Below are positions 25,727 through 38,500 of a stretch of DNA of 64,000 nt, piece by piece. A program made the translations under genes and the position numbers. Within the stretch, counting starts at the first letter, position 1; each line of letters begins with the position of its first letter. This DNA is from an uncultured Acidobacteriota bacterium (GTDB taxonomy: Bacteria; Acidobacteriota; Thermoanaerobaculia; Multivoradales; UBA5704): NCBI GenBank assembly GCA_963700145.1, contig OY969474.1:4064001-4128000 (forward strand), in the 5' to 3' direction. The notes below the pieces were generated by a model, which made no database searches, was not told the origin of the DNA, and was given only the letters and a program-made list of their open reading frames with translations.

Positions 25727-26284
25727 ATGAAAGGAGTGCCTCGGGGACCCATCCTGCGGATCAAAGTGACTTTGCGGGAGAGCAGCCCGCCGATCTGGAG
25801 ACGGCTGCTGGTGCCAGCCGACATGACGCTCGGTGAATTCCACGAGGTGCTCCAGATCGCGATGGGCTGGACCGACACGCACCTGCATCACTTCACCGCC
25901 AAGGGCGTCTACTACGGCACTCCGGACCCGGAGTGGGATATGGACTACCGGGACGAGCGGCGAGTGCGTCTCGCGGCGCTTTTAAAGAGCCCGAAGGACC
26001 GGCTGCGCTACGAGTATGACTTCGGAGATGGGTGGGAGCACGACGTGGTAGTGGAAGAGGTCCTGGCCGCCGACCCGAAGGGCCGCTACCCTCGGGTGCT
26101 GGCGGGGAAGCGCGCCTGTCCGCCCGAAGACTGCGGCGGCATCCCTGGCTACTTCACGCTCCTCGCGGCGCTCGCCGATCCGGCACACCCCGAGCACGGC
26201 GAGCTGTCTGACTGGGTCGGCGAGAACTTCGATCCCGAGACGTTCGATGCCGAGGCGGTCAATCGGATCTTCCATCCCGAGTAG
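25727..26284 (+). CDS. Plasmid pRiA4b ORF3-family protein
   Basis: PPIWRRLLVP, MGWTDTHLHHF, YEYDFGDGWEH, RACPPEDCGG. Confidence 0.92.
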   Translation: MKGVPRGPILRIKVTLRESSPPIWRRLLVPADMTLGEFHEVLQIAMGWTDTHLHHFTAKGVYYGTPDPEWDMDYRDERRVRLAALLKSPKDRLRYEYDFGDGWEHDVVVEEVLAADPKGRYPRVLAGKRACPPEDCGGIPGYFTLLAALADPAHPEHGELSDWVGENFDPETFDAEAVNRIFHPE

Positions 26285-26323
26285 GGGCGCGCGCGCCTGT
26301 CGACCACCAGCGCCCTTCTCCTG

Positions 26324-26575
26324 TTACCGAGGCCCCCGGACCAGGTTCCAGAACCCTCGCGGGTCGAGGATCGGCAAGGGGGCGCCTCCTCGATCGCCTG
26401 GACCTGTGCCGGCGGGACGCCGAGCTTTTCCTGCAGCGTGCGCCGGAGCTCCTCGATGATGACCTCGCCGACGACCAACTGATGGTCGACGAGGACGTGG
26501 CGGAGGACGTCGGCGCAGAGGCCGCGGGTGGCGAAGGCGCGGACGAGGACGTTGGTGTCGAGGAAGACCCCTCAC
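26324..26575 (-). pseudogene. PIN-domain toxin pseudogene
   Basis: GTG AGG plus an extra G, then VFLDTNVLVRAFATRGLCAD in another frame. An internal deletion joins this to the C-terminal LPILDPRGFW. Confidence 0.8.
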
Positions 26576-26790
26576 GAGACGTCGCGAAAGACGTCCTCGT
26601 CCGTGAGGTAGCCGCGGGCTTCCGCGAAAGGCATCACCTGGCGGCGGAGCTGCTCGAAGCGCAGCAACCCCAACTGCCGCCGCAGCGCGTCGCGCACGAC
26701 GTCGCTGCGGGTACGGCCGGTCTCCGCACAGAGACGGTCGAGAAGGCGCTCGAGCTCCGCATCGAGGTGGATCGTTAGGGCGCCCTTCAT
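26572..26790 (-). CDS. CopG/ribbon-helix-helix antitoxin
   Basis: LTIHLD...GRTRSDVVRDALRRQL...GYLTDEDVF; GTGA overlap with the PIN pseudogene. Confidence 0.88.
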   Translation of the reverse strand: MKGALTIHLDAELERLLDRLCAETGRTRSDVVRDALRRQLGLLRFEQLRRQVMPFAEARGYLTDEDVFRDVS

Positions 26791-26793
26791 GTC

Positions 26794-27213
26794 TTACATT
26801 GTACTACCCAAGACCTCGATCCCCTCGCTCGGGAAGCGCTCGTCGAAGGAGTAGATTCGCGTCACGCCGCGGTCCCGGGCTTCCGCCCAGAGCAGGGCGT
26901 CGGTGAAGGAGTATCGCTTCGAATCGCGGCACATCCGCAGAGCTTCCAGGATCCGCACCTTCGACCGGTCGGGCGTCAGAATGTTCCTTCGCTGGACGAG
27001 CGCGGTGAGCGCATCCACGAGCGCGGGCCGCGAGACTTCGTACACCGAGGCGAGGACGTAAGCGCTCTCGACCAGGACCAGGGCGCTCAGGACGAGGCGG
27101 CGGTCGCTGTCAATGATGGCGGCAGCGCGCGCGCCCGCCTCGGGCGGATCATTCGTTAGGTACCGGACGACGACGCTGGTATCGAGGAGAGCGAGAGGCG
27201 CGGGATCACTCAT
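26794..27213 (-). CDS. vapC: VapC PIN-domain toxin
   Basis: LDTSVVVRYL, LVESAYVL, SFTDALL, IYSFD. Confidence 0.88.
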   Translation of the reverse strand: MSDPAPLALLDTSVVVRYLTNDPPEAGARAAAIIDSDRRLVLSALVLVESAYVLASVYEVSRPALVDALTALVQRRNILTPDRSKVRILEALRMCRDSKRYSFTDALLWAEARDRGVTRIYSFDERFPSEGIEVLGSTM

Positions 27214-27482
27214 CGCGAGCGGCGGCGCGGTCGATGGCGTGCCGCCGCCTCGCCCCAGGCACGCTCGCGCGCTTGGGGCCAGGCTCGGGGCGGGACCTTC
27301 CTCTTGATCTCGTCGCTGAGAACGCCGCGCAGCGAGCTGCCGTGCTCGGGCGGGAAGAAGAAGATCTCAAGGTGGTCGCCGACGAGCTTCTGCACCGCTA
27401 CCCAGCCGGGCTCCAACCCGAGCGCCTCGCGCAGCGGCTTCTCGATGACGACCTGCCCCTTCGGTCCTACCACGTGTCCCAT
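27210..27482 (-). CDS. AbrB-family antitoxin (VapB)
   Basis: VGPKGQVVIEKPLREALGLEPG; ATGA overlap with vapC. Confidence 0.85.
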   Translation of the reverse strand: MGHVVGPKGQVVIEKPLREALGLEPGWVAVQKLVGDHLEIFFFPPEHGSSLRGVLSDEIKRKVPPRAWPQARERAWGEAAARHRPRRRSR

Positions 27483-27548
27483 GTATGACTCCGGCGCGGG
27501 AGTATAACTTGGAAGCCCCGCGCCGGTCGCGTGGCTCCTCGCCGCCGG

Positions 27549-28196
27549 CTAGAAGCGAACGAGGAAGCCGAAGTGGCCGCCGAGGGCGAGGTAGTCGTCG
27601 ACGGTGGCGGTGCGGCCGGAGACGCGGTCGGTGACTTGCCAGTCGGCCAGGTGTTGGTCGGCGCGGAGGGCAAACTCGAAGGTCCAGCGCTGGCCGAGCA
27701 GGCGGCGCACGCCGGCGGAGAGCTGCGCCACGACCTCGTCGTCGGCTTCGGTGTGGATGTCGAAGCGGCCGCCGTTGGCAAGCGGGCCGACGGCGTCGGG
27801 GACGTCGATCGTCGCGAGGCCGAGGCCGGCGCCGAGGAACCACTCGGTGCGGCCCTGCGGGTTGCCGAAGAGGCGCTCGACCCAGGCGCTGATGGTCGTC
27901 GACTCCGCGACCACGTCGATCGGCTCCAAGGCCGGGCTCTGCGCCAGCCCGACGAGCTTCGCCGGCTCCTCGAAGTCGTACTCCGCCGTGTCGGCGCCGA
28001 AGCCGAGCTTCCAGCGGTCGCCGAGGCGGGCGTGGCCGAAGAGGCCGTAGCCGGGGATGTCGTTGGCGGGCTCGCCGTCGGCGGCCACGATGGTGCCGCG
28101 GAGGCCCAGGTCGAAGCGCTGGGCGGCGGCCGGCGGGACGGCGAGAGCGAGCGTGAGCGCGGCGACGGCGAGGACGGCGGCGACGGTCGATCGCAT
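27549..28196 (-). CDS. Outer-membrane beta-barrel protein
   Basis: Signal peptide, amphipathic strands (WFLGAGLG), C-terminal Phe. Confidence 0.75.
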   Translation of the reverse strand: MRSTVAAVLAVAALTLALAVPPAAAQRFDLGLRGTIVAADGEPANDIPGYGLFGHARLGDRWKLGFGADTAEYDFEEPAKLVGLAQSPALEPIDVVAESTTISAWVERLFGNPQGRTEWFLGAGLGLATIDVPDAVGPLANGGRFDIHTEADDEVVAQLSAGVRRLLGQRWTFEFALRADQHLADWQVTDRVSGRTATVDDYLALGGHFGFLVRF

Positions 28197-28265
28197 CGAG
28201 GGATCTCCTTTCGCGGAAACAGCCTCGCGCGGTTGGATGCCCCCGGGCGGGAAATCCTTCGCGAC

Positions 28266-31013
28266 CTAGCTAGCCGCCCACCCCGCCTCCGAGTCGTAGG
28301 CCGTCTTCTTCGGCAGCACGGAGATGTGGACGTGCTTGCTGTGGGGGTTCGTGCCGCCGTAGGGACGCCAGGTCCAGGCGGCCACGTTCCCTTCTTTGTA
28401 GGAGCTGACGATGCGGCGGTTCCAGATGAGGTACTTGACCCGCTTGTCGCGGCTGGCGCGGATCGCCTCGGCGAGGGCGCCGGCGTCGCAGCCGCTCGCC
28501 GGGTCGTGGGTGATGTCCACCGCCGTCACCACCCCCGTCGCGCCGTCCTTGACCCAGGGGTTGTGGTCGGAGTTGCGGGTCGCGTGGGCGGCGTCGCCGA
28601 TCGAGCCGTCGCTCGCCTTGCTCCGCTTCGGGTACTTCGCGTTGACCTGCTTGCGCAGGGCGAGGAGCGACTTCGCCACCCGCCAGGGCGCCGGCGCCTC
28701 CAGCCCCTCCTCCCAGGGCGCTGTCCGCTTCTTCCCGGGCTCGGCGGCGCTGTCGTCGCCGCCGTGCGGCGTCGGCCGCTCGAGCTCCTCCTCCGGCCAA
28801 GCCTCCGGGGCGCGCGCCGGCGCCGCCGTCGTCTCCAGGCGGTCGATCGCGGCCCGGGAGCGCACCGCTTCCCCTTCGTCGGTGTCCGCCTGGTCGGCCT
28901 GGTGCAGGACGTCGGGGAAGCGGACGACGCCGAGCAGTCCCTCCAGCTCGCCGATCGACACCATGTGCTGGCGCCAGACGGCGTCGACCGCGAACTCGAG
29001 CGGCACGTCGCTCAGGTCCTGGCGCAGCAGGAAGGCGAAGGCGCGCAGCTCGCCGTCCTCGTTGGCGACGACCACCTTCCAGTACTGCCGCGGGATACGC
29101 ACCCGCACGGCGCCCTCGTCGTCGACGCCGACGAAGAACGGGTCGTCGTCGGCCAGCACCGGGCCGGCGATGAGGGTGAGCCGGTCGGTCCCGACCTGCT
29201 CGGTGACGTAGTTCTCCAGGTCCCCCCAGTTCTCGCCGCTCGCCGACTGGTTGAAGCCGGCCACCTGCGGCGAGCAGTTCGTGGTGTGGAAGGTGTCGCC
29301 GTTGGCGAAGCGGACCTCCTCGTAGGAGTCCCCCCAGGCCATGTCCTCGCGCCGCACCACGTGCCCGCGGTCGAAGGCCCCCTGGTCCTTGGTGAAGAAG
29401 CGGTCCGGGAGCTGGTGCTCCGACTCGATCCGCGGGTCGAGGAACCAGCGCTCGGTGTCGTTCTTGCCGAGGCCGCCGAGGGCCTTGCGGGTGTAGGGCT
29501 TCCCCGGCTCGGGCCGCTTTCGCTCCTCGCTGGCGTCGAAGTTGGCGGCGGTGAACAAAGCCAGCCGCCGGTCCTTGTGGATGACGAGCGAGAAGTGGTG
29601 GTAGTCGAGGACGTGGCCGCCGTCCTCCTCGATCAGCGGCGCGCAGAGGCTCTCGTCCACCGCCTCCGGCAGCGGCAGCTCGACCTCCAGGAACTGCGGG
29701 TCGTACCCCTGGCGCGTCGAGTAGTCCGGGTCGTGGACCGGCTCGACCGGCCGCTCCTCCACGGGCTCGCCGGCGGCGGGCGCGGCGGCGGCCGCCGCCA
29801 CCGCGGGCTGCGCCTCGCCGAGGCGCACGGTGATCTGGAGCGGGATCGTCCAGGTCGCCCCGCCTCCCGGCGCGAGGACGACCCCGGCGGTGCCCCCGCC
29901 GGCCGCCGGCTGCGCTCCCGGCTCCCCGGGCTCCGCTTCCGCCGCCGGCCCCTCGACCGCGCTCCACCACTCCGCGGTCGCGTCCTCGTCGCCGCGGGCG
30001 GCGCCGCGGAACTGGACCCCCGCCTCGATCACCCGCTGGTCGCGCGACAGCTCCCAGGAGGGGACCGTGAAGTTGGCGTCGAGGTAGACGCCGGCGAAGT
30101 GGAGCGCCACGACGTTGCCGCTCGCCACGTCGATCACCGCGGAGCCGGAGTTGCCGCCCAGGGTCGAGGCGTCGTGGGTCATCGCCGAGACCTGGTGGCC
30201 GAAGCTGCGCGTCGAGCGGCGGGCGCCGAGCTTGCCGGGCTGGAGGCGCTTGACGTAGTAGACGCTGCCGAAGACCTGGTTCTGCACGTCGGCGGGGTTG
30301 CGCGGGTCGAAGGCGGGGTAGCCGACGACCGCGACGTCGCGGCCGGCGAGCTGCTCCGGCTGGTCGAGCGACAGGACGAGCGGCGGGTTGCGGTCCGAGA
30401 GCCCGTCGACCTGGAGCAGCGCCATGTCCCAGTGCGGGTGGATCATCAGCACCCGCCGGACACGCAGGAACTGCGTCTCGCTCAGGCCGCGCTCGCGCTT
30501 GAAGTCGACGCCGGCACGGATGCCGGACTTGAACGTCAAGCTGCGGCGGCCGACGCCCGAGGCGAAGAGGCCGGCGACGTGGCGGTTGGTCATCAGCAGC
30601 CCACGGCCGACAACGAAGCCGGTGCCGCCGTAGGGCAGGCTGGGGATCCCCGAGACCTCGATCCGGCCGATCGAGGGGAGCGCCTTGCGGATCCGCGACT
30701 TGATGGGGTCCTGCCCGTAGTGCTGCCAGAGCGAGTGCTTGACCCGGAAGTCGCCGCGGATGACGTCGATCGCCGGCCGCTTGTCGGGGATGATGATCGC
30801 CTCGACCATGAACTCCTCCCGCGGCGACAGCTCCTCGTTCGTGGCCAGCTTCTCCAGGGTGGCGCGCACGATCTCCTGCTCCGCCGAGACCAGCTCGGCG
30901 CTCTCGGCCATCAACTCCAGCGCCAGCGGCGCGTCGGCGAGGACCGCCTCCACCCCTCCTTCGGGCAGGACCTTCTCCAGGAACTGCTTGGCGCGGCTGC
31001 TCCGGTTCGCCAT
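28266..31013 (-). CDS. Trypsin-like protease + NucA/endonuclease G + M15-like Zn-peptidase fusion
   Basis: Trypsin triad TNRHV/WDMALL/GGNSGS; nuclease DRGH, NCSPQ..FN; C-terminal SDH..AVDITHD..HSKHVHISV; no signal peptide. Confidence 0.85.
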   Translation of the reverse strand: MANRSSRAKQFLEKVLPEGGVEAVLADAPLALELMAESAELVSAEQEIVRATLEKLATNEELSPREEFMVEAIIIPDKRPAIDVIRGDFRVKHSLWQHYGQDPIKSRIRKALPSIGRIEVSGIPSLPYGGTGFVVGRGLLMTNRHVAGLFASGVGRRSLTFKSGIRAGVDFKRERGLSETQFLRVRRVLMIHPHWDMALLQVDGLSDRNPPLVLSLDQPEQLAGRDVAVVGYPAFDPRNPADVQNQVFGSVYYVKRLQPGKLGARRSTRSFGHQVSAMTHDASTLGGNSGSAVIDVASGNVVALHFAGVYLDANFTVPSWELSRDQRVIEAGVQFRGAARGDEDATAEWWSAVEGPAAEAEPGEPGAQPAAGGGTAGVVLAPGGGATWTIPLQITVRLGEAQPAVAAAAAAPAAGEPVEERPVEPVHDPDYSTRQGYDPQFLEVELPLPEAVDESLCAPLIEEDGGHVLDYHHFSLVIHKDRRLALFTAANFDASEERKRPEPGKPYTRKALGGLGKNDTERWFLDPRIESEHQLPDRFFTKDQGAFDRGHVVRREDMAWGDSYEEVRFANGDTFHTTNCSPQVAGFNQSASGENWGDLENYVTEQVGTDRLTLIAGPVLADDDPFFVGVDDEGAVRVRIPRQYWKVVVANEDGELRAFAFLLRQDLSDVPLEFAVDAVWRQHMVSIGELEGLLGVVRFPDVLHQADQADTDEGEAVRSRAAIDRLETTAAPARAPEAWPEEELERPTPHGGDDSAAEPGKKRTAPWEEGLEAPAPWRVAKSLLALRKQVNAKYPKRSKASDGSIGDAAHATRNSDHNPWVKDGATGVVTAVDITHDPASGCDAGALAEAIRASRDKRVKYLIWNRRIVSSYKEGNVAAWTWRPYGGTNPHSKHVHISVLPKKTAYDSEAGWAAS

Positions 31014-31058
31014 GGGAGACCTCCTCTTACTCCTTAGACTGACACCGTTCGGGGATTC

Positions 31059-33299
31059 CTAGGGAGGGTACAGCCGCGCGTAGTGCTCGCGCGTGGTGAG
31101 GACGCGGCGCAGGTAGGCCCGGGTCTCGCGGAAGCCCACTTTCGTCAGGTACTCGGCCGGCTCGTCGCCGGCGCAGTAGCCGCGCCAGAGGCGCGCCTGC
31201 GCCGGGCCGGCGTTGTAGGCGGCGACCGCCAGGTGCTCGGCGCCGCCGACCTCGCGCAGCAGCTCGGCCAGGTAGGCGGCGCCCAGGGCGAGCGACACCT
31301 CCGGCCGGTAAAGGTCGCCCGGTCCGAGCTGCAGCTCGGCCTGCGCCGCCACCCGCCGCGCCGTCGGAGTGACGAGCTGCGCCAGCCCGCGCGCCGCCGC
31401 CCCCGAGAAGGCGCGCGCGTCGAAGCGGCTCTCCTCGCGCACCAGCGCGGCGAGGAGGTGCGGATCGACCCCCCGCCGCCGCGCCTCGGCGAGCAGGGGC
31501 TCGCGGTGCGGCAGCGGGTAGAGGAGGGTGCGGAAGACGCTCGGCTGGAGGGCGAGGGGGACGCGGTCCGGGGTGCGCAGGCGGACCGCCTCGGCGAGGC
31601 GGATCGAGCGCGGCGCCTCGCCGGCGCGGGCGAGGAGGAAGCTGCCGGTGAGCGCCAGCGACGGGTCGGACGGCGGGAAGCGGGCGCCCACCGCCGGCGC
31701 CCCCTCGCGGAAGAGGCCGAGCCCGAGGAGCGCCTCCTCGGGCGTCGCCGGCGTCGCCGTCCAGAGCGGCCAGCGCTCGACCGGCACCTGCGCCAGGAGG
31801 AGGTACGGCGCCGCGCCCGGATCACCCGCCAGCCGGCGCAGCAGCAGGGCGCGCGCCGTCTGGCCGGTGCGCGAGCCCGGTGCCAGGAGCCAGGCGGCGT
31901 GGAGATCGCCGGGCGCCTTCGAGCCGGCCAGCCGCCGCGCCTCGGCGGCCGTCGTCGCGGCGAGGGCCGGCGCCGCGGCGCGCGCCAGCGCCGCCCGCGC
32001 GAACGGGCTCGCCGGGTCCTCGCGCGCCGCCGCGGCGTAGGCGCGCACCGCGCCGATCTCGTCGCTCGCCGCCTCCAGGCGCCGCCCGCGCCAGTAGGCC
32101 AGCTCGACCGCGTCCTCGGGGGTGCCGAGCGCCGCTTGCGCGAGCCACCCGCGCGCGCGGTCGTGGCGGCCGCGCACCAGGTCGGAGGCGGCGAGGAAGA
32201 GCGCCGCGCGCGCCGCCTGCTCGCGCCATTCGCGGCGCGACTGCAGGAGGGCGTAGAGATCGAGCGCCGGGCGCTCTTGCCCGGCCAGCCAGTGGAGGCG
32301 GAGGGCGGCGACGAGCGCCGCCGCCGCCCACTCGCCGTCCGGGATCGCGGCGTGGGCGGCGCGGAAGGCGGCGAGGGCGCGCCCCCGCTCGCCGAGCAGC
32401 TCGTGCGCGCGCGCCTGCTGGTAGAGCGCGCTCGCCCGCGCCGCGGGCGCCGCGACGCGGGCGGCCGACTCGGCGAAGGCGGTCGCGGCGGCGGCGAAGT
32501 CGTCACGGAAGAAGAGCGCGCGGCCGACGGCGTATTGCGCCTCCAGCCGCTCGGCGGCCGAGATGCCGCCGCCGGCGAGCGCCGCCCGCAGCCAGCTCAG
32601 CGCCTCCTCCCACTCCCGGTGGTGGTGGAAGGTCTGGCCGAGGCGGAGCGCCGCCCGCCCGCCCGTGCCGGCCGGCAGCAGCGCCGCCAGCCGCTCGGCG
32701 GCGTCGCGCGCCGTCTCGTCGCGCACGTCGCGGTCGAGGAGCGCGAGGTAGACCCCCCGCGCCGCCTCGCGCTGGCCGGCGCGCCGCGCGCAGTCGGCCT
32801 GGAGGAGCGCCACGCGGCGGCCCTCCGGCGGCGGGAAGCGCGCGGGGAACAAGCCGCGCAGCAGACGGCAGTCGCCGCCCCGCGCCAGCGTGCGCTCGAG
32901 CAGGCGGAGCGCCTCGGGCAGGAGCGGCGACTCGGGCTGCGCGCGGATGCCGCCGGCGATCAACCCCGCCGCGACCTCGGGGTGCCCCAGCCGCTCTTGG
33001 TCGAGCGCCATGCGGTAGCGGCTGTGGAGGGCGAGCCGCGGCGTGTGGATCATCGCCGCGCCGAAGGCCTGCATCGCGTCGGCGGGGCGGCCGAGGAGGT
33101 CGAGCAGGTGCCCGCGCAGGAAGTCGAGCCCGGCAGCGCGGGCCGCGGCCTGGCGCACGACGAGCTCGCGCTCGGCGCGGGCCAGCGCCTCGCGCGGGCG
33201 GCCGGCGAGCTGCAGGGCGACGAGGCCGGCGCGGGGATCGTCCGCGACGGGCGGCGCGGCCTGGAGGGCGAGGAGGAGGGTGGCGGCGGCGGCGTTCAT
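31059..33299 (-). CDS. slt: Soluble lytic transglycosylase with TPR-like repeats
   Basis: REESRF, ARGLAQL, AAYNAG, ETRAY; start approximate. Confidence 0.85.
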   Translation of the reverse strand: MNAAAATLLLALQAAPPVADDPRAGLVALQLAGRPREALARAERELVVRQAAARAAGLDFLRGHLLDLLGRPADAMQAFGAAMIHTPRLALHSRYRMALDQERLGHPEVAAGLIAGGIRAQPESPLLPEALRLLERTLARGGDCRLLRGLFPARFPPPEGRRVALLQADCARRAGQREAARGVYLALLDRDVRDETARDAAERLAALLPAGTGGRAALRLGQTFHHHREWEEALSWLRAALAGGGISAAERLEAQYAVGRALFFRDDFAAAATAFAESAARVAAPAARASALYQQARAHELLGERGRALAAFRAAHAAIPDGEWAAAALVAALRLHWLAGQERPALDLYALLQSRREWREQAARAALFLAASDLVRGRHDRARGWLAQAALGTPEDAVELAYWRGRRLEAASDEIGAVRAYAAAAREDPASPFARAALARAAAPALAATTAAEARRLAGSKAPGDLHAAWLLAPGSRTGQTARALLLRRLAGDPGAAPYLLLAQVPVERWPLWTATPATPEEALLGLGLFREGAPAVGARFPPSDPSLALTGSFLLARAGEAPRSIRLAEAVRLRTPDRVPLALQPSVFRTLLYPLPHREPLLAEARRRGVDPHLLAALVREESRFDARAFSGAAARGLAQLVTPTARRVAAQAELQLGPGDLYRPEVSLALGAAYLAELLREVGGAEHLAVAAYNAGPAQARLWRGYCAGDEPAEYLTKVGFRETRAYLRRVLTTREHYARLYPP

Positions 33300-33379
33300 C
33301 GCGGACCGCTCGGCTGGGCAGCCGGCTCGGGGGGCGGACGCGGCGAAGCGCGGCGCGGAAGAGAGGGCGGCGGCGGCCG

Positions 33380-34651
<1,272 letters not shown>

Positions 34652-34657
34652 GGGAGG

Positions 34658-35503
34658 TTATTTTTTCTCGAACACCAGGACCCGCGGGATGCCCGCGTAG
34701 TCGGCGCGCTCGGCGACCAGCGGCAGGCCGGCCGCCTCGCCGTGGCGCACCACCGCGTCGCGCTGCCCGGCGCCGATCTCGACGATCAGGCGTGCGCCCC
34801 GCCGCATCCCGGAAGCCTGCTGCAAGAGTCGCGCGAGCAGGAGATCGCCCGCGCCGGGGGGGGAGAGTGCCAGACGGGGCTCGAAAGCGCAAACCTCGGG
34901 CGACAGCCCCCACCACTCGGCGGGATCGACGTAGGGAGGGTTGCTGACCACGAGGTCGAACGCCGCGAGGTCGAGCCCGGCCGCGAGGTCGGCGGCGAGG
35001 AGCGCGACGCGGCCGGCGGCGCCGAGGGCGCGGGCGTTGGCGGCGGCGAGCGCCAGCGCCGCGGGAGAGAGGTCGGTCGCCGCGACGCGTGCCCCTGGGA
35101 CCTCCAGCGCCAGCGTCACCGCCAGGCACCCGGAGCCGGTGCCCACGTCGAGGAGGCGCGGGCGCTCGGGCAGCCGCTCGGCGAGCGCCGCCTCGACGAC
35201 GTGCTCGGTCTCGGGGCGCGGGATGAGGACTCGGCGATCGACGCGGAACGGCCGCCCCCAGAACTCCTTCTCGCCGGTCAGGTAGGCGACCGGCTCGCCG
35301 GCGAGGCGGCGGGTGAGCAAGGCCTCGAAACGCGCCGCGGCCTCCGGCGGCACGGGCTCGCGGTTGCGCGCCAGGAGCTGGGCTTCGGAGAGTCCGAGCA
35401 CCCGCCCGAGCAGGAGCGAAGCCTCCCGCGGCGGCGCCCCGAACGGTGTTGTCAGGAGCCGCGTGCGGGCGGCGGCGAGGAGATCGCCGATGGTGAGACC
35501 CAC
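34658..35503 (-). CDS. prmC: Release factor glutamine methyltransferase
   Basis: [28 protein letters not shown]; GTG 35503 preceded by TACACT-N7. Confidence 0.93.
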   Translation of the reverse strand: MGLTIGDLLAAARTRLLTTPFGAPPREASLLLGRVLGLSEAQLLARNREPVPPEAAARFEALLTRRLAGEPVAYLTGEKEFWGRPFRVDRRVLIPRPETEHVVEAALAERLPERPRLLDVGTGSGCLAVTLALEVPGARVAATDLSPAALALAAANARALGAAGRVALLAADLAAGLDLAAFDLVVSNPPYVDPAEWWGLSPEVCAFEPRLALSPPGAGDLLLARLLQQASGMRRGARLIVEIGAGQRDAVVRHGEAAGLPLVAERADYAGIPRVLVFEKK

Positions 35504-35528
35504 GCGGCGGAGTGTACGCGGCGAAGAC

Positions 35529-35558
35529 AAACGCCCGGCACGTGGGCCGGGCGCTACG
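35529..35558. repeat. GTAG-tagged REP, identical to 7666-7695
   Basis: AAACGCCCGGCACGTGGGCCGGGCGCTACG, 30/30 identity; its TAG is the stop of the upstream gene. Confidence 0.9.
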
Positions 35559-38500
35559 TCGGGTCTTCCACGTCCGCGGTCTCGGCCGCCGGCACGAGCG
35601 GGACGTCCAGCTCGACCGTCCGCCCTTCGGGCAGCTCGACCTCCGTCGTCGCCGGCGCGAAGCCGTCGGCCGAGACGGTCAGCCGGTAGTGCCCGGGCGC
35701 CAGGCGCAGCGCGAAGAGGCCGGCCTCGTCGGTGCGCGCGCTCGGGCCGGAGTAGGAGAGGTCGAGGGCGGGGTTGACCCCCTCGACCACGACGGCGGCG
35801 CCCGCGATCGGCACGCCGCCGGCGTCGAGCACCCGGCCCGAGAGGCTCGCGCTCTCGAGGTCGATCGTCACCTCGGCGCCGTCCGGCCCTACCTCGACGG
35901 CGCGGCTGTAGCCGAACCCCTGCCGCGGGTCGAGGAGGATCAGCGTGTAGCGGCCCGGGATCACGCCGACGCGGAAGCTGCCGTCCTGCGCCGTCCGGGC
36001 GAAGGGGGCGCCGGGCCCGTGGAGCTGCACCTCGGCGCCGGCGAGCGGCCGGCCGTCGAAGGTGACGCGTCCGGTGAGCACGGGCCGCGTTTCGAGCTCC
36101 AGGTCCAGGAACGCCTCCGCCTGCCCCGGCTCGAGGGTCACCTCGCCGGACGCCTGCCGGCCGTCGGGCGTCGCGGCGACGACCTGCCAATCGCCCGGCG
36201 CCAGGTCGGCGATGCGGTAGCGGCCGTCCGGCCCTACCCGCGAGAAGCCCGCGCTGTCGTCGAGCCGCAGCGCCCGGACCTGGACACGCCGGCGGTCGGC
36301 GGGGTCGAGCCCGAGGACCTGCCCTGAGATCGCGCCGCCGGCCTCGCTCAACCGCACCTCGAGCCCGCCGACCGCGGTGCCGGCGACCTGCACCTCGCCC
36401 GGCACGTCGGCGCGGGCGTAGCCGCGCGCCTCCGCGAGCAGTCGGTACGTCCCTTCCGGCACCCAGTCGAAGGCGAACGAGCCGTCCGCGGCGCTCGTCG
36501 CCTGGAAGGCCTCGCCGCCGGAGATCATGTGCAGCCGCACGACGGCGCCGCCGACGGGCCGCCCGGCGGCGTCCACGACGCGTCCCGAGACCTCGGTCCC
36601 CGCCTCGACGACCAGGTCGAGCCGCTCCGTGCCCGCCGTCAGCCGGACGGCGGCGCGCGCCATCCGCTGCCTCCCCCCGCGCGCTTCGACCTCGTAGCGC
36701 CCCGGACGGAGCCCCTCGAGCCGGTAGGAGCCGTCGGCGTCGGTCTCGGTGAAGCCATCTTGGCGGATCCCCTCCGCCTCGGCGCCCTCGAGGTTGGGGA
36801 CCGCCTGCACGTGGAAGCCGGGCAGCGCCCGGCCCGCGTGGTCGGTCACGCGGCCGACGAGCGTGACGCCGGTGGTGCCGCGGCGGAGGACGACCTCCAG
36901 CGACCGTGTCTCGCCGCCGGCGACCTCCACGCCGGGCAGCCGCCGCGTCTCGAAGCCGGCGGCCTTCACCTCGAGAACGTGGGTGCCGGGCTCCGGCTGC
37001 GCCAGGAGCTTCCCCTCCTGGTCGGTCGCGCCGAGGCCGTACGAAGAGGACCCCATGCTGAAGACGCCCTGCCCGCTCCCGACGCGCGTCTCGACGACCG
37101 CGGAGACCTCGGCCCGGGGCACCGGCTCCCCGTCCGGGTCCACCACGCGCAGCGCCAGCGACCCCTGGAGCCGCAGCTCGAGGGTCAGCGGCGCCGCGGG
37201 CGGGACTTCGATCTCGCCCGTCTCGAGCCGCACGTAGCTCGGGTGGCCGACCGCTAGCCGCACCGGCTCGCCGCGCCGCAGGCCGCCGAGGCGGAAGGCG
37301 CCGTCGGCGTCGGTCAGCACCGGCTCGTGCCACGGCGACCAGCGCTTGAACATCGGCTCGTCGGACCGCGAGATCTGCACCTGCGCCTCCGCCACCGGCG
37401 CGCCCTTCGGCCCGACCACCCGTCCTTCGAGGACGACTCCCGGCTCCAGCACGACGTCGCCGAGGTCGACCGCGCGCGTCTCCGCCGACAAGGCTACGTT
37501 GTCTCGGCCGGTGGCGACGAAGCCCTGCCGCGTCACCTGGAGGTCGTACTCGCCGGCTTCGAGCCGCTGGAAGCGGAAGCGTCCGTCGGCGCCGGTGGCG
37601 ACGCTCGTGCCCGGCCCTGCTCTCGTGAAGCCGTAGCCGCCGGGCATGCCCGGCGGCCGCTGGACGCGCCGGAGCGTGACCTCGGCCGCGGCCACCGGCA
37701 GGCCTTCGGGGTCCACGACGCGGCCGACCACCGTCTGGCCGGCGACCAGCACCAGGCGGAGCGGCGGCGCTTCGCCGCCGGCCACCGGGGTGCGGGCGAG
37801 GAGGCGGGCCGGGGCGTTCTCCTCCGGGTGGGCGGAGACCTCGTAGAGCTGGCGCGGCAGGAGGCGGGGGAAGCGGAAGCGGCCGTCGGCGCCGCTGGCG
37901 GTCTGCGGCGAGGCGTCCCGCGGGCTGCGCCGGAAGTCCCAATCGCCGCTCGGCCGCGCCCGCACCGGCACCCCGGCGGCCGGGCGCCCGGCTGCGTCGA
38001 CGACGATCCCGGCGAGCGCGGCGGCGGGCTCGAGCAGGAGGGTCACCGACTGGGCCGAGACGGCGTCCCCCACGAACCCCGCCAGGTGGCCGGGGGCGGC
38101 GGCCTCGACTTGATAGCGCGGGTAGGGCGCCGCGGCGAAGCGGAACGTGCCGTCCTTCGCGGTGAAGGCCCAACCGAAGGGATCGCAGGAGGTGCACCAG
38201 ACGAGGGCGCCGGGGAGCGGCTGCCGCGTGGCGGCGTCGAGCACCAGCCCGGCGAGCGCGATGGCAGCGCCGGGCCCGCGCTCGCCACGCTTCCGCAGCG
38301 CGGAGGCCGTCGCCGGTCCGATGCGGCCGGCGGGCACCCAGACGGGAGGGCCTGCCTGGTCCCCCGGGAGGCGCTTGGTGTGATCGGGCCGGAGCTCCTC
38401 ACCCTCCCGGCGCAGCGCCGCCGGCACGAGCCGCGCGTCCTCGACCAGCGGCACGAGCGGCACCTCGATCGACTGCTGTCCCGGCGCCGTGACGACGACG

